DNA of 63,422 nucleotides, the filler included, from Lenisia limosa (Eukaryota > Protista > Breviatea), in assembly GCA_001655205.1 (NCBI GenBank). It is 9 parts of 9 records of this genome, joined end to end, with 100 filler letters (N's around TTAATTAATTAA, not from the genome) between each part and the next. Parts side by side here need not be neighbours in the genome. Positions count along the whole stretch, not along the records: positions 50,851 to 52,529 come from LPNZ01002029.1; positions 52,630 to 58,658 come from LPNZ01009348.1; positions 58,759 to 62,274 come from LPNZ01007585.1; positions 62,375 to 63,422 come from LPNZ01006958.1; 5 more parts are not named here. One strand, written 5' to 3'. The position numbers and the translations under genes were made by a program. Positions within the stretch are counted from its first letter, which is position 1. Every line of letters begins with the position of its first letter. The notes under the pieces were generated by a model. That model saw only the letters and a list, made by a program, of their open reading frames with translations, was not told the DNA's origin and made no database searches. Positions 52,461-63,422 of the stretch are shown in pieces.

Positions 52461-52799
52461 AGTCAAATAAGGTCATCAATAGGCCCATCGTCGCATTTAC
52501 AGTTATAAACTATCCCAATACCCCCCCCCNNNNNNNNNNNNNNNNNNNNNNNNNNNNNNNNNNNNNNNNNNNNTTAATTAATTAANNNNNNNNNNNNNNN
52601 NNNNNNNNNNNNNNNNNNNNNNNNNNNNNGGACGGCTTCGGCCAGATACAACCATATTGCATTTCTTCTCTTTCTAGCCAGGTATTGGGGGCTAAGAAGA
52701 TATCATGAGTATCATAGCATATGCGAATTGGTTTTACTTTCAGTATTTATACTGCAAATATAGCATGTTTTCTTTATATTATATGTGATGACCTTCCCC

Positions 52800-55700
52800 A
52801 CTAGGTTGACACAGGTATGGCCATAGATATAGCCCCCCAGTGCTCCAGGCCCTTGATTTGGCGCACCCCTACCGCCGGCAAGTGAGAGGGACATGCAAGC
52901 AAACAGAGTTTTTTGTTTGTTTCATACAAAATTGTCAATTTCACTCCCCGAGTGATGGGATGCGGTGCNNNNNNNNNNNNNNNNNNNNNNNNNNNNNNNN
53001 NNNNNNNNNNNNNNNNNNNNNNNNNNNNNNNNNNNNNNNNNNNNNNNNNNNNNNNNNNNNNNNNNNNNNNNNNNNNNNNNNNNNNNNNNNNNNNNNNNNN
53101 NNNNNNNNNNNNNNNNNNNNNNNNNNNNNNNNNNNNNNNNNNNNNNNNNNNNNNNNNNNNNNNNNNNNNNATGTCCCCTCAGCACCCGGGCTTTACCCAG
53201 TTTCCATTGCCACCCAGGAGGTCGTGTTGAACCTCATGGTGGGTGATGTTGAATTGTAATTATGGGGAGGGAGGGATCATGTTTCCTTGCTCCAAATCTT
53301 TTCTGGCTTGGGATTTATTTGTTTGATAGTATTTACCCATTTACCCATTTACTCCCCCCCCCCCCNNNNNNNNNNNNNNNNNNNNNNNNNNNNNNNNNNN
53401 NNNNNNNNNNNNNNNNNNNNNNNNNNNNNNNNNNNNNNNNNNNNNNNNNNNNNNNNNNNNNNNNNNNNNNNNNNNNNNNNNNNNNNNNNNNNNNNNNNNN
53501 NNNNNNNNNNNNNNNCGGCATTTGTCTCGGTCAAGCTCGATGACCCGGGTACCCAATGGGAGACCCGGGTGTTTGGCAAGGCTCAGGAATGGCACCTTCC
53601 GGCCGCGACAGAGGAGTCGGCCTCGGATTGTCTTGATAATGTTGGTGGATCTCATGGTCTTGATAATAATGTGATGCTGCCACTTTGCATTGTCTTGATA
53701 ATGATGATGCTGCTCTTTAATGCAGAAGTTATGATTGAGGATGCTTCGCTATCAGTGTTGATTCCGGGCTTATGTATTCCAACCTTCCCCTATATCCCCC
53801 ACCCTCACGTGAAAGTTGAAATTGTGCTTTTTTGTTTTCTTAAATTTTCCCATTTTTCTCCCCCTTTCATATATAACCCACCACCACCCAGACCCCTCTC
53901 CCGCACCCGTCGGTTAGCGACGCTCTTATGCCCTCGGGAGCCGCGGGTGCCCTTGTCGTTTCTTTGGTTCCGACGTCTTGTTCGTCTCTTGCCTATCTAC
54001 ATGGCACTTCCGCCAAGCCCAATATCACAGTGAGGGGATATGTTGTTTGTGTGTGAGAGGAAATTACGGTATAAATTGCCTCTTAGACAAATGATTAGGT
54101 GAATTAAGCATTCCAATATCATCAACATCGCATCTAATCTCTTACATCATGTGGGCGTCTTCCGCCAGATTCAACTTGGTTTTCTTACTTCCTCCTCTTC
54201 AAACATTTTTTACTTTGAGCGTGTTTTATGCCTCTGTTAGGTTCAATTCTTGTTTTTTTTTTTGAATAAAAAATTCAATCATACCTTTTTGTTTTTTCAG
54301 TTTTACTCTGCTCAAATAGTACACTTTAAGCACTCTTTTAGACCTGACCCCCCAGATACCCCTCCCTCTCTCCCTCATGAAGCTAGCCCGAGAAACCAAC
54401 GCTAAATGGCCTACTCCAACTTCCCACCAGGTATGTTAACAGGGAAATGGGTGAGACGTTCACTGGGTGTGTTAATAGGGAAATGGGTTTGACGTTTGAA
54501 AGATCGTTTTTTTTCAGGAAATAATGTCACCGGTGATGATTATGTGATGCTGTGCTGCGGAAGCGACTGGTCTAGGTTTTGTGCTGTGTTTCAACTCTTG
54601 TGCGTTTCTCACATGTTCAACCAACAGTCTGCTGTTTATAATTATTTTATCAATTGTCATTCCCCGTACGTGACGGGATGCGGTGCTGCAGAANNNNNNN
54701 NNNNNNNNNNNNNNNNNNNNNNNNNNNNNNNNNNNNNNNNNNNNNNNNNNNNNNNNNNNNNNNNNNNNNNNNNNNNNNNNNNNNNNNNNNNNNNNNNNNN
54801 NNNNNNNNNNNNNNNNNNNNNNNNNNNNNNNNNNNNNNNNNNNNNNNNNNNNNNNNNNNNNNNNNNNNNNNNNNNNNNGTGGTGTCCTCAATTTCCGTAG
54901 TGCAACGCCGCCTTGTGGTCACATTGTGGCCGACCTTAGTGGTTACTTCGTATTTGCCTATACCGCTACTCTGCCAGGTATGGACGTTGTTTTCGTTTTG
55001 TCGTATCATATTGAGTCTATTGTCACTCCTTCACCTTGTTCAGACTCACCTCCCCCAGTTCCATAATAATATCACATCACGCTTACACTCTTGGTCTGAC
55101 CCCTCCCCCAGATCCAAGGTGCAGCCACTTTGCCGCCTGAAAGCCCGACAGATCCCAAATCACCCGAATCTCCCGAGGTACGGTAGGGTTTCACTTCGGT
55201 TCGAAAAAAGACTGATTTCACAATAAATCCTCGAAAACTATCGATATTTTGTAGGTCTTTTTCGAACCGAAGTGAAGCCCTAGGACTAGTTTTAGAAGGG
55301 TGTAGACTATTTGATCCCATAAATAATCTACTGCCATTTTCACCATAGTCCCTTTTCCCCCTTATTTTTACTCACATTTTCTTAAGCCGTTCGCCCATTC
55401 GGTGTCGCAGTCGTCCATTGCCCCTATTTACGGACCACTGAAGGCCACTCGCATGAATGGTGGGGGGGGGGGCTATTTCTATCCATTTTCAATTTCTATC
55501 ATTGCCATTCTAGATGTTTCAAATTTGTATTACTGTCAGAATTTCTCCTTTTCACCCTCGGCAATTCCTGACACGATTGACAAAAGATTAAGCTCAATTT
55601 CCATGTCAGGACTTATCGCGGCCACTGTGTTTCTCTTATGCTTCCAGAACCCGAGTTTGAACCTCCATACGGCTTGCCAGAAGTTGTCCAAGAATGTGGG

Positions 55701-58445
55701 CGCGTATTTGATAAAGAAAATATACTATTGGTTAAGTATATTATAACATATGATATACTACATGTATGTACCTATTTATGTATGTTTGCTTTACTTACCG
55801 TATTAGGCAATGCCCGTTCCGAAGACATGACGGCCCAGTCCGGGGCTCGCCTTGCCGTTTTAATGCAGAACCTGGGGGTGCATGTCAGCACTCAGGGCGA
55901 GCCTATCCGAGCCATTGGCAGCAAAGACGGACATAGCATCGCTTTTGCGGTTGCTATTGCTAAAACGTGGGGAGGGGAGGGGTGCATATCTATCCTGTAC
56001 CGTGTCCTACCCACCACCCTTATGTCTACATGGGCTTAATTCCTCTCTCTCCTTAATATTCTCTACCCTTATTTTTGCAGCTCTTTCGGTTCGGCCGTTC
56101 CTGTAGCCACCTTCCCGGCCCGCTGGAAGGCCCTTTACGACAATGTAAGAAGGAATGAAAGTTGTTAGCAGATCAAATCTCTTCCTCTGTCGCTACGATG
56201 CGAAGGGGTCTAAACTCTTCCTCTGTCCTTAGGAGCTAAAATGGTCTTTTTTTCGGCACAATTTCACCATCTCAGTCCCTTCTATGGAAGTCCGATTCCT
56301 CCGGCCGCCTAGAGGAATCCCGCACATTCACCGTTGAAGTACCAGATCACCCGGGTACCCTGGTAGGCTCCCCGAAGTGGCTCATTCAACCACAATCTCT
56401 ATGATCAGTGACAGGGATTAGTCTTGACCGGTTTTCCTTGGGAAATCACATGCAAATCGGTCAAGACTTATCCCGGTCACTGTACATGCCATATATCTTG
56501 TCATATATTGGTCAAGTCTTACCACTGCCACTATCATAGTCTACATGCCATATTATTTGAGAGATAAAATAATGTTTGTGGTTTGGGTAGCTCAATTTAT
56601 CTCGCAGATGAGCATTGACATGACTCTGAGACTGTGGGCGGATCGAACTGACGGAGGCTTCCCCGGTCTTGAAGTGGACGTTAGGCCCCACATTGTCGTC
56701 ATCTCTGAAATGGCCGTGCCACTGTACTGCAAAGGTGTGAGGACGTTACATTGCCCTTTAGGGACAGAGATTGTGTGCACGGAGTTGTAAGGCAAATGAC
56801 TGGGTGAATTACTGTTATATTCCTCCAATATCTTTTAATGACCCCAAAAAGACTGGGGAAACTCCAAGATATTTTTGAGGATTTATCGAGGAAATCAGTC
56901 TACTGACATGGAGCATTTGTGTTGTAGATGTTAGCGATAATCCCAGTAAATACTAATTAGATAATCCTAAATAGTTACACTGTATGTATTCGTATTGGTT
57001 GACAAAATGTCACACATATCTGACCCCATAGGACGAAATGATGAAGTACGTCAACTTTCTCCCCACTCCGCCACCATTCTTGACTGGAATTTCCCTGCGT
57101 TCACTCCGTCGCTTCTCCCCACTTCTACCTTATTTGGTGGGCTTGGTTCATAGTGTTTGCTACCTTTGTTTTCTTTGGGAGAGGGGAGTTGCCAATTTTC
57201 ATGTTTTTTCATTATTACTGGAGTGATTGGATGCGGTGCTGCAGAAGCGACTGGCCAGGGTTTTGTTTGTTTTGTTGTTATCAACCCTCGTGTGCTGGGC
57301 TGATTTGGGCTCTTTTGTTTCATATTGTCCAATTTTACTCCCCCTAACCCTCCCTGCAGCCCACAAAGTTGAGTTAGGCTTCTTTTTTTGTTGTTGTTGT
57401 TTCATAAACGTTCCAATTCACCCCCTTAGCCCACAAAGCAGCCCGCGAATTGGCCATTGGGGCCGAGTCCTCTGAAGGGCGATGTTGGGCTAACGAAGTG
57501 GTTGCTCTGCCGCCGGCGTACAGCAATGAACAATGTGGAGGGGGGGATGGGTGATCAATATGATATTATTATTTTTTTGGAGCAAGAGACATAATATATA
57601 TTAGAAATCTAGGGAAATAAATAAATAGGGATACTATAAACTATTAATCAATTAAAAACGAATCTATATTTTCACCATATATTTGTCTTTACTGGCCTAG
57701 GCTTTGTTTGTTTTGTTGCTTCAACCCTTGTGTGTTTCCCAAGTGCTAAGCCAACAGAGTTGATTCTGTATTTTTTTATTTCATGAATTTTCCATATTTA
57801 CGCTGGAGTGACGGGACGCGGTGCTATGGGCTTTGTTTGTTTTGTTGTTACCAAGCCTAGTGTGTTGCCAGCCAAATGAGTTGTTTGTTTTTTTTTTAAT
57901 TTTGTTATTTACCCCCTAGTGGCCCCCCCAGGATCAGTAAATATTCCTCAGTCAAAGGTCTCCATACTTCTCACAGTCTCTCGCAAACCACTTGGTGAAA
58001 ATGTGGGGATGGGGGATTTGTTCGTTTGCATCCCTAGCTTTTATTATTTGAATTCCCTTCCCAAAGATTTAGGCCAAAAAGACTTTATAATCACAAGCAC
58101 TGTTTATCATGACCTTCACTCTCCTCGGACTATTTACTATTGTTTTTGAGGCGCGGAACACTTTAATAAGGGCTTAACAATCCGAAAAAGTCTGAATTTC
58201 TCGGTAACTCTTCGAATACCGATATAGCCCCGATCTCCTTTAGACTGAGGTGAAGCGCTAGTCACAATAAAGCTTGGCCTGACCCAGCTTCTCAAACCCC
58301 TGTAATCTCAAAATAACATTCATCCAGGGCCTCTTGATCCGGCTCAGCCCCCGCATTTGGGTCAGTAACCTCACGGGAGCCGATATTTCGATGGTCGCAG
58401 CCGGAGGCGAGAGAATTGACACCGTGCCGTTTTCCAGTGTTGATG
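52800..58445 (+). CDS. VPS13: VPS13-family bridge-like lipid-transfer protein, internal fragment with VAB/SHR-binding-type repeats
   Basis: IRLSPRIWVSNLTGADISMVAAG, VDVRPHIVVISEMAVPLYCK and LSPHSATILDWNFP resemble recalled VAB repeat motifs. Many phase-compatible exons. Confidence 0.55.
55184..55282. mobile_element. MITE family A, best-preserved copy
   Basis: Left end TAgggtttcacttcggttcgaaaaaagac and right end gtctttttcgaaccgaagtgaagcccTA form a near-perfect ~28-bp inverted repeat with TA at both ends. Confidence 0.9.
57218..57344 (+). repeat. Repeat family B (~130 bp, C-tailed, splice-site-associated), near-complete copy
   Basis: ctggagtgattggatgcggtgctgcagaagcgactggcc.gggttttgtttgttttgttgttatcaaccct...tgatttgggctcttttgtttcatattgtccaattttactcccc. 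More than 15 full or partial copies in the window. Confidence 0.85.
58167..58260. mobile_element. MITE family A, degenerate copy (further degenerate copies at ~30955, 34311, 49490, 56841, 59116)
   Basis: taagggcttaacaatccgaaaaagtctgaatttctcg...gactgaggtgaagcgcta. Confidence 0.65.
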
Positions 58446-58949
58446 GTGGGGGTGAAATTGGAAAATTTATGAAACAAAAAAGATCGTGCTTTTCAAGTGG
58501 GGGGTAAGGCGAAACGAGGATGAGTATGAACCTATGCATTTGCACACACAAATCAATAATACGGAATATGCAGCTAAATAATATCAACACCAAACTCCTC
58601 TACATGCACTCTTTTTATATATTTTTTTTTTTGTTTTATTATTTTTATATTGTTTTTTNNNNNNNNNNNNNNNNNNNNNNNNNNNNNNNNNNNNNNNNNN
58701 NNTTAATTAATTAANNNNNNNNNNNNNNNNNNNNNNNNNNNNNNNNNNNNNNNNNNNNGTAAAATTGGAAAATATCTGAAAAAAAAACCCCAAATCAACT
58801 CTGTTGGCTGAAAACACACAAGGTTGGTGAACCCGGACTATTATGTCAAAGGCAACAAAAATATGGTTAATAACATAGTGATGTTAATATGTTCAAATTA
58901 GGACTGCGAACAATTAATTTTTTGAAGAAATTAATTGACAAAATTAGAA

Positions 58950-61900
58950 ATTAAAGTGTTTGGAATAGTGTTCTCGATTCAAAAGATGGTGGATTTCTGT
59001 TCCTTTGGTCTTTTAAGCGGATTGGTTGAGCAGTCTTTTGTTGCATTTTTATTTTTACCCAATTTCAGGAGAAAAAAATTACAGCCATTTTTACACTGCA
59101 ACATAAGCATCGCCAAGTGCTCCACTTCGGTTCGAAAAAGAACGGTAAAATATCGACAGTTTTTGAGGATATATCGAGAAATTTTCGAAGCCCTAGTTTT
59201 CACCAATACAGTGTTAATTACACACCACCACATACGGTGACCGAGATAACTGTTGACATATTTTCCTTGGAAAATCAGAGTTAATCGGTCAAGATTTATC
59301 CAGTCAAAGAGGTGTATACTCCTCCAGGGTAGGCGTTGATTTTGGGCTTTTTGTTTGTTTCCTAAATTTCCCAATTTCTCCCCCTCCCCCCTCTTCAGAA
59401 TGACCTTACCTGGCCAGCAGCTGCGGCCGCCAAGGGCACCTCTCTCCTCCAACCCCACATCTAGTTATAATCTAGTTATAATAGCTACTATCTCCTAGGT
59501 ATAGAGAGAAGAATTTCAAAATTGAATACTTCATACGTACACCCATTCACATATCGTGTGAATTAATATCATATCATGTGAATTGTTACCATTTACTTCC
59601 CCCCACTCTTCAGAATGACTAACCCGGCCCGCAGCATCTCCGGCTGCCAAGTGCACCTCTCGCAGAAGGGGGAGCAGAATGTCCCAAAGTGCCAAGTTAA
59701 GCTGGCGGGGTTATACGGAGAGGGGGGGAGTAAGTAGAAAAAAAAAACAGCACAAAATCAACTCTTGCATGAGGGTTAGCTTTTGCATCCCTCTTACAGT
59801 AGTCACACTAATAGCATCATGGTAAGTCAGGAGGCAGCTGAAGAGGGTTTTCAATGAACTGTGTCGCACCTCTGGTCGGAAGTCGATTGAAATTGACTAG
59901 GAAGTCAGAATATAATCTGAGAGAGAATATAATCTGGAAAAAAATACAAGAATGTATGATAATTAATCAATATCTCTTATAAGCGTGATAGAGTGGACGG
60001 CTTTGGCAAGATAAAACCTTGTTTTCTTTTTTTAAAATTCACATTGGTATAAATACATAGTGAATCAGATCAAACACTAAGAGGAGCCCCCCCNNNNNNN
60101 NNNNNNNNNNNNNNNNNNNNNNNNNNNNNNNNNNNNNNNNNNNNNNNNNNNNNNNNNNNNNNNNNNNNNNNNNNNNNNNNNNNNNNNNNNNNNNNNNNNN
60201 NNNNNNNNNNNTATCCTAAGACAAAATTAGGAAATATGCAACTATTAGGAAATAAGTAACTATTAGGAAATAAGTAACTATTAGGAAATAAGCAAAATTA
60301 GGAAATAACTCAGGGTAAAATAATGAACCCAAAAATTGGGAAAGCAATCAAAAAAAAAAAAAAGTATTACATTTTATGTAATATATATGATATGCACAAA
60401 CCCCTACTCCTCCCACCTTATCTCCTTCTTGATAGGCTTTTTCGAGGCTTTTCCTGGAAGGAGGAGTAAATTGGAGGTTATAAATCAACAAGGTGAAATA
60501 ACGTAGTTTTACAAGACATGTATTATTATGATATGTATCACCCCCCCCCCACTTTATCACAGCCTCAGAAGACTGTAAGTGGTCAGCCACCTGGCAAAGC
60601 AGCGAGATAGCCGCAAGAGAGACGTTGAGATCTTCTTTCTGCAGGGCTGGGGGAGGGGAGGGAGTAAAACGAAGGAAATTTCATAAAAGTATACATAAAT
60701 CGCTCTAGTAAGGCCTAAAAGAACTGAAGCCCCTCTTCTTCTACCAAAACAATAATACAACCAACACATCCTCTCCCAACCAAAAGCGGTAATGCAAGTG
60801 ATGCACGTGGGGATGCAGCTGTATGGGAAGGTCAGTAAGTAGTCGTTTGTTACTGTCCGGAGGCACTCGAAGGAGGTTGAGATGCTCTGGGGGGGGGGGG
60901 GGNNNNNNNNNNNNNNNNNNNNNNNNNNNNNNNNNNNNNNNNNNNNNNNNNNNNNNNNNNNNNNNNNNNNNNNNNNNNNNNNNNNNNNNNNNNNNNNNNN
61001 NNNNNNNNNNNNNNNNNNNNNNNNNNNNNNNNNNNNNNNNNNNNNNNNNNNNNNNNNNNNNNNNNNNNNNNNNNNNNNNNNNNNNNNNNNNNNNNNNNNN
61101 NNNNNNNNNNNNNNNNNNNNNNNNNNNNNTGAGTTCCGGTTACAAGATGTCCCCTTGAATACAATAAATAATATCTAAATAAAAATCATTGAGTCTTCAA
61201 AACAAAAATACATCTCAAATTCACAGAGACTTCAAACAGACAAGCCCCTCATACTGTGAAATCCGAAGATTTAGAAATAGACTGGAGAAGATCGAACACA
61301 AACGGCCAGGATTTGGGGGTGAGAACATGACCCGTGGTTTCGAGGAGGAGTTGAAAGTACGTCAGCACCGCTGAGGGGAGGGGGGGGTAAATTGGAAAAT
61401 AATGAAACAAAACGCCCTAAGAAAGAACACACAAGGGATGATGATGTTGTAAAATGAAGAAAACGTTGATTAAAATTGGAGGTGAAATCTGAGGAAAATG
61501 GGAGTATTGATAACAACTCACTCCCCTACTCTCAACATTATTTCTTCCCAAAACATTATTTCTTCCCAAAACATTATTTCTTCCCAAAACAATATTTCTT
61601 CTCAATGCGCAACCTACCAGGCTATCACCCCCATTATCTATTACATCATTTCTTCACATTATATAAAATTTCTTCACATTATATAAAATTCCTTCCCCTT
61701 TATAATCAATTACCCCTGTTACATAATCGAGCGTCCTTGCGTTTTGAGCGACTCAGCCGATCAATGGGGATCAGAAATTGGGTCTGACGAGCAAAGAACT
61801 CATTTTCACTCTCGGTTTGTGACCTGAGGGGAGGGGGATGTAAAGGATTGATCCCAGGTTTTACCACAATCTATCTATTCAATAGCTAGCTAGTTTCATA

Positions 61901-62242
61901 CTCCGGGCAGCATTCGGCTTCAACTATGTTCGCATAACATATGAAATAGTCTACCATACACTCATTCATATTGATATTCGAGATATCCTATACACTATCT
62001 ACAGAGTATATGTAACAATCATATAATTAGGGCTTCCCTATGGTCCGAAAAAGACCGGTCAAATATATATTTATCGAGGATTTATCGAGAGACTAGGTCT
62101 TTTTTGGGACCGTAGGGAAGCTCTACATATAATCCACCCACCTTAAGAGAGCGGCTCTGCAGAAAGCCACCATCGCCGTAATAGCATGATGCCTGAGGGT
62201 TTGGTCTGTGCCTTCAGCCACAAACATGAAGGTGGCAGTGAG
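58950..62242 (-). CDS. MON2: MON2 (Sec7-like Golgi/endosome trafficking scaffold), internal fragment
   Basis: LTATFMFVAEGTDQTLRHHAITAM, LLLETTGHVLTPKSWPFVFDLL, SFECLRTVTNDYLLTFPYSCIPTCITCITAFG, QKEDLNVSLAAISLLCQVADHL, DFRPEVRHSSLKTLF, LWDILLPLL. These occur in the order expected for MON2. Confidence 0.88.
62028..62125. mobile_element. MITE family A copy in MON2 intron
   Basis: TAgggcttccctatggtccgaaaaagac...gtctttttttgggaccgtagggaagctcTA. Confidence 0.85.
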
Positions 62243-62419
62243 CTGAGGAAAAAGCAGTGAAGGGGGGGGGGGAGNNNNNNNNNNNNNNNNNNNNNNNNNN
62301 NNNNNNNNNNNNNNNNNNTTAATTAATTAANNNNNNNNNNNNNNNNNNNNNNNNNNNNNNNNNNNNNNNNNNNNCCCCCCCCCCCTCTTTTTTTTCTTTT
62401 CTTTCTCTCATACCACTTT

Positions 62420-63338
62420 TAGGGACAAAAAGAAGCCTAGCAAGGACAAGGTCCAACCAGTCAAAGCTCAGACCCCTAAGTTTAAGAACAAAAACAAGAA
62501 GACAGAGGTTCTTAAGGGCCAACAGCAGGTAAATTGACAGGGGAAGCTAGAGAGTCATATTTATGCACTGATGTTTGTTTCAAAATGGTGCGAATCTATT
62601 TTGTGTGATGTTTTTTTTTGTATTTTCACATATTTTCAATTTGGTAGCGACTTTAATTTCTAGAAAATATTAAACATCGAAATATCCTTGGTTTTACCCT
62701 CCCTGTTGAACTTTTTTTTTTTGTGTGTGTGTGTGTGTGAGTTTCTTTTCTTGAGAAGTATTCGGTGCTAATACTTCAAGGTAAGCAAGAAGGCGAAAAA
62801 GAATAGGCAGGTTGCCCAAGTCCAGCCTCCTAGTCAGAAGAAGAGCTTGAGACGACCACAGCCCCAAGTTCAACAGTCAAGAAGGACAAAGAAAGCTCAG
62901 CAACAGCAGCAGCAAATGCAACAGCAGCAACAACAACAAGAGCAGCAACAGCAACAACAACAACAGCAGCAACAGAAAAAGAAGCAACAACAGCAGCAGA
63001 AACAGAAACAGCAACAACCGCAGCAGCAACAAAAGCAGAAGCAGCAAAAGCCACAACAAAAGCAGCATCGTCCCCAACAACAGACCATGCCAAAACCCAA
63101 AAAGATGCAACAGCCACAGCAGCATGCCCCCAAAAAATTACAACAGCAACCCAAAAAGCAGACGTCTAAGTTTGCCCAGGCTAGGCTCGGTCAAGGACCG
63201 GTTGTAACTGCTGGCACTATACAGCCAATTATTCATGCGAGTATGCCCCCCATGACCCATCCAGTGGGAGGGGGCGCTGTTCACGAATCTCAGTTCTGTT
63301 TTGGTGTTGGTATAGTAGCTACATTGATTTGTTCCTAA
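62420..63338 (+). CDS. Lys/Gln-rich low-complexity protein fragment with a long CAA/CAG-encoded poly-Q tract
   Basis: Exon DKKKPSKDKVQPVKAQTPKFKNKNKKTEVLKGQQQ|gt, then an open frame with Q/K/P runs (62890-63155). Splice joins are ambiguous. Confidence 0.55.
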
Positions 63339-63422
63339 TCCCTCAGAGAAGTGCCTCCTAATTTTTTAGAGGGCTAACCCAGGTGCACCTTTATTCCGTG
63401 AAGCCGGCCCCAAAAAACCTAT

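Noticed and set aside
52630-62274. Functional linkage of VPS13 and MON2 (both trafficking genes)
   Set aside because: They are separated by an artificial contig linker at 58659-58758, so the adjacency is not biological.
62830-63154. Minus-strand poly-Leu, poly-Cys and poly-Ala/Val ORFs
   Set aside because: They are antisense shadows of the CAA/CAG tract.
1-63422. tRNA, rRNA or snRNA genes
   Set aside because: No convincing cloverleaf or conserved rRNA/snRNA motif was recognised by eye. A covariance-model scan was not run.

Overview
This is intron-dense eukaryotic (protist-like) genomic DNA in the standard genetic code. It is not one locus: nine contigs are joined by artificial 100-bp linkers (N44-TTAATTAATTAA-N44), so most ORF-track entries are spurious or read through introns and gaps. 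Genes rebuilt by manual GT-AG splicing are a dynein heavy chain fragment, a secreted protein of unknown function, a ~13 kb STRA6/RBP-receptor-family membrane protein with an apparently very large ectodomain, HTATSF1/CUS2, MFAP1, importin-5, a Cys-rich surface protein fragment, a K/R/S-rich fragment, TIPIN/Csm3, DNAJC2-like, VPS13-like, MON2 and a poly-Q protein. There is also a ~13 kb ADAM-like gene with prodomain, M12B-like region, disintegrin, about nine ADAMTS-type TSP1 repeats and a TM helix. Introns carry at least three unrelated 100-140 bp repeat families: a TA-flanked MITE, a family whose C-tailed end repeatedly abuts splice sites (introner-like), and a third family. The most notable items are the splice-site-associated repeat, the ADAM/ADAMTS hybrid (possibly a pseudoprotease) and the STRA6 fusion. 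All gene models are hand-read, boundaries are approximate, and no database search was run.
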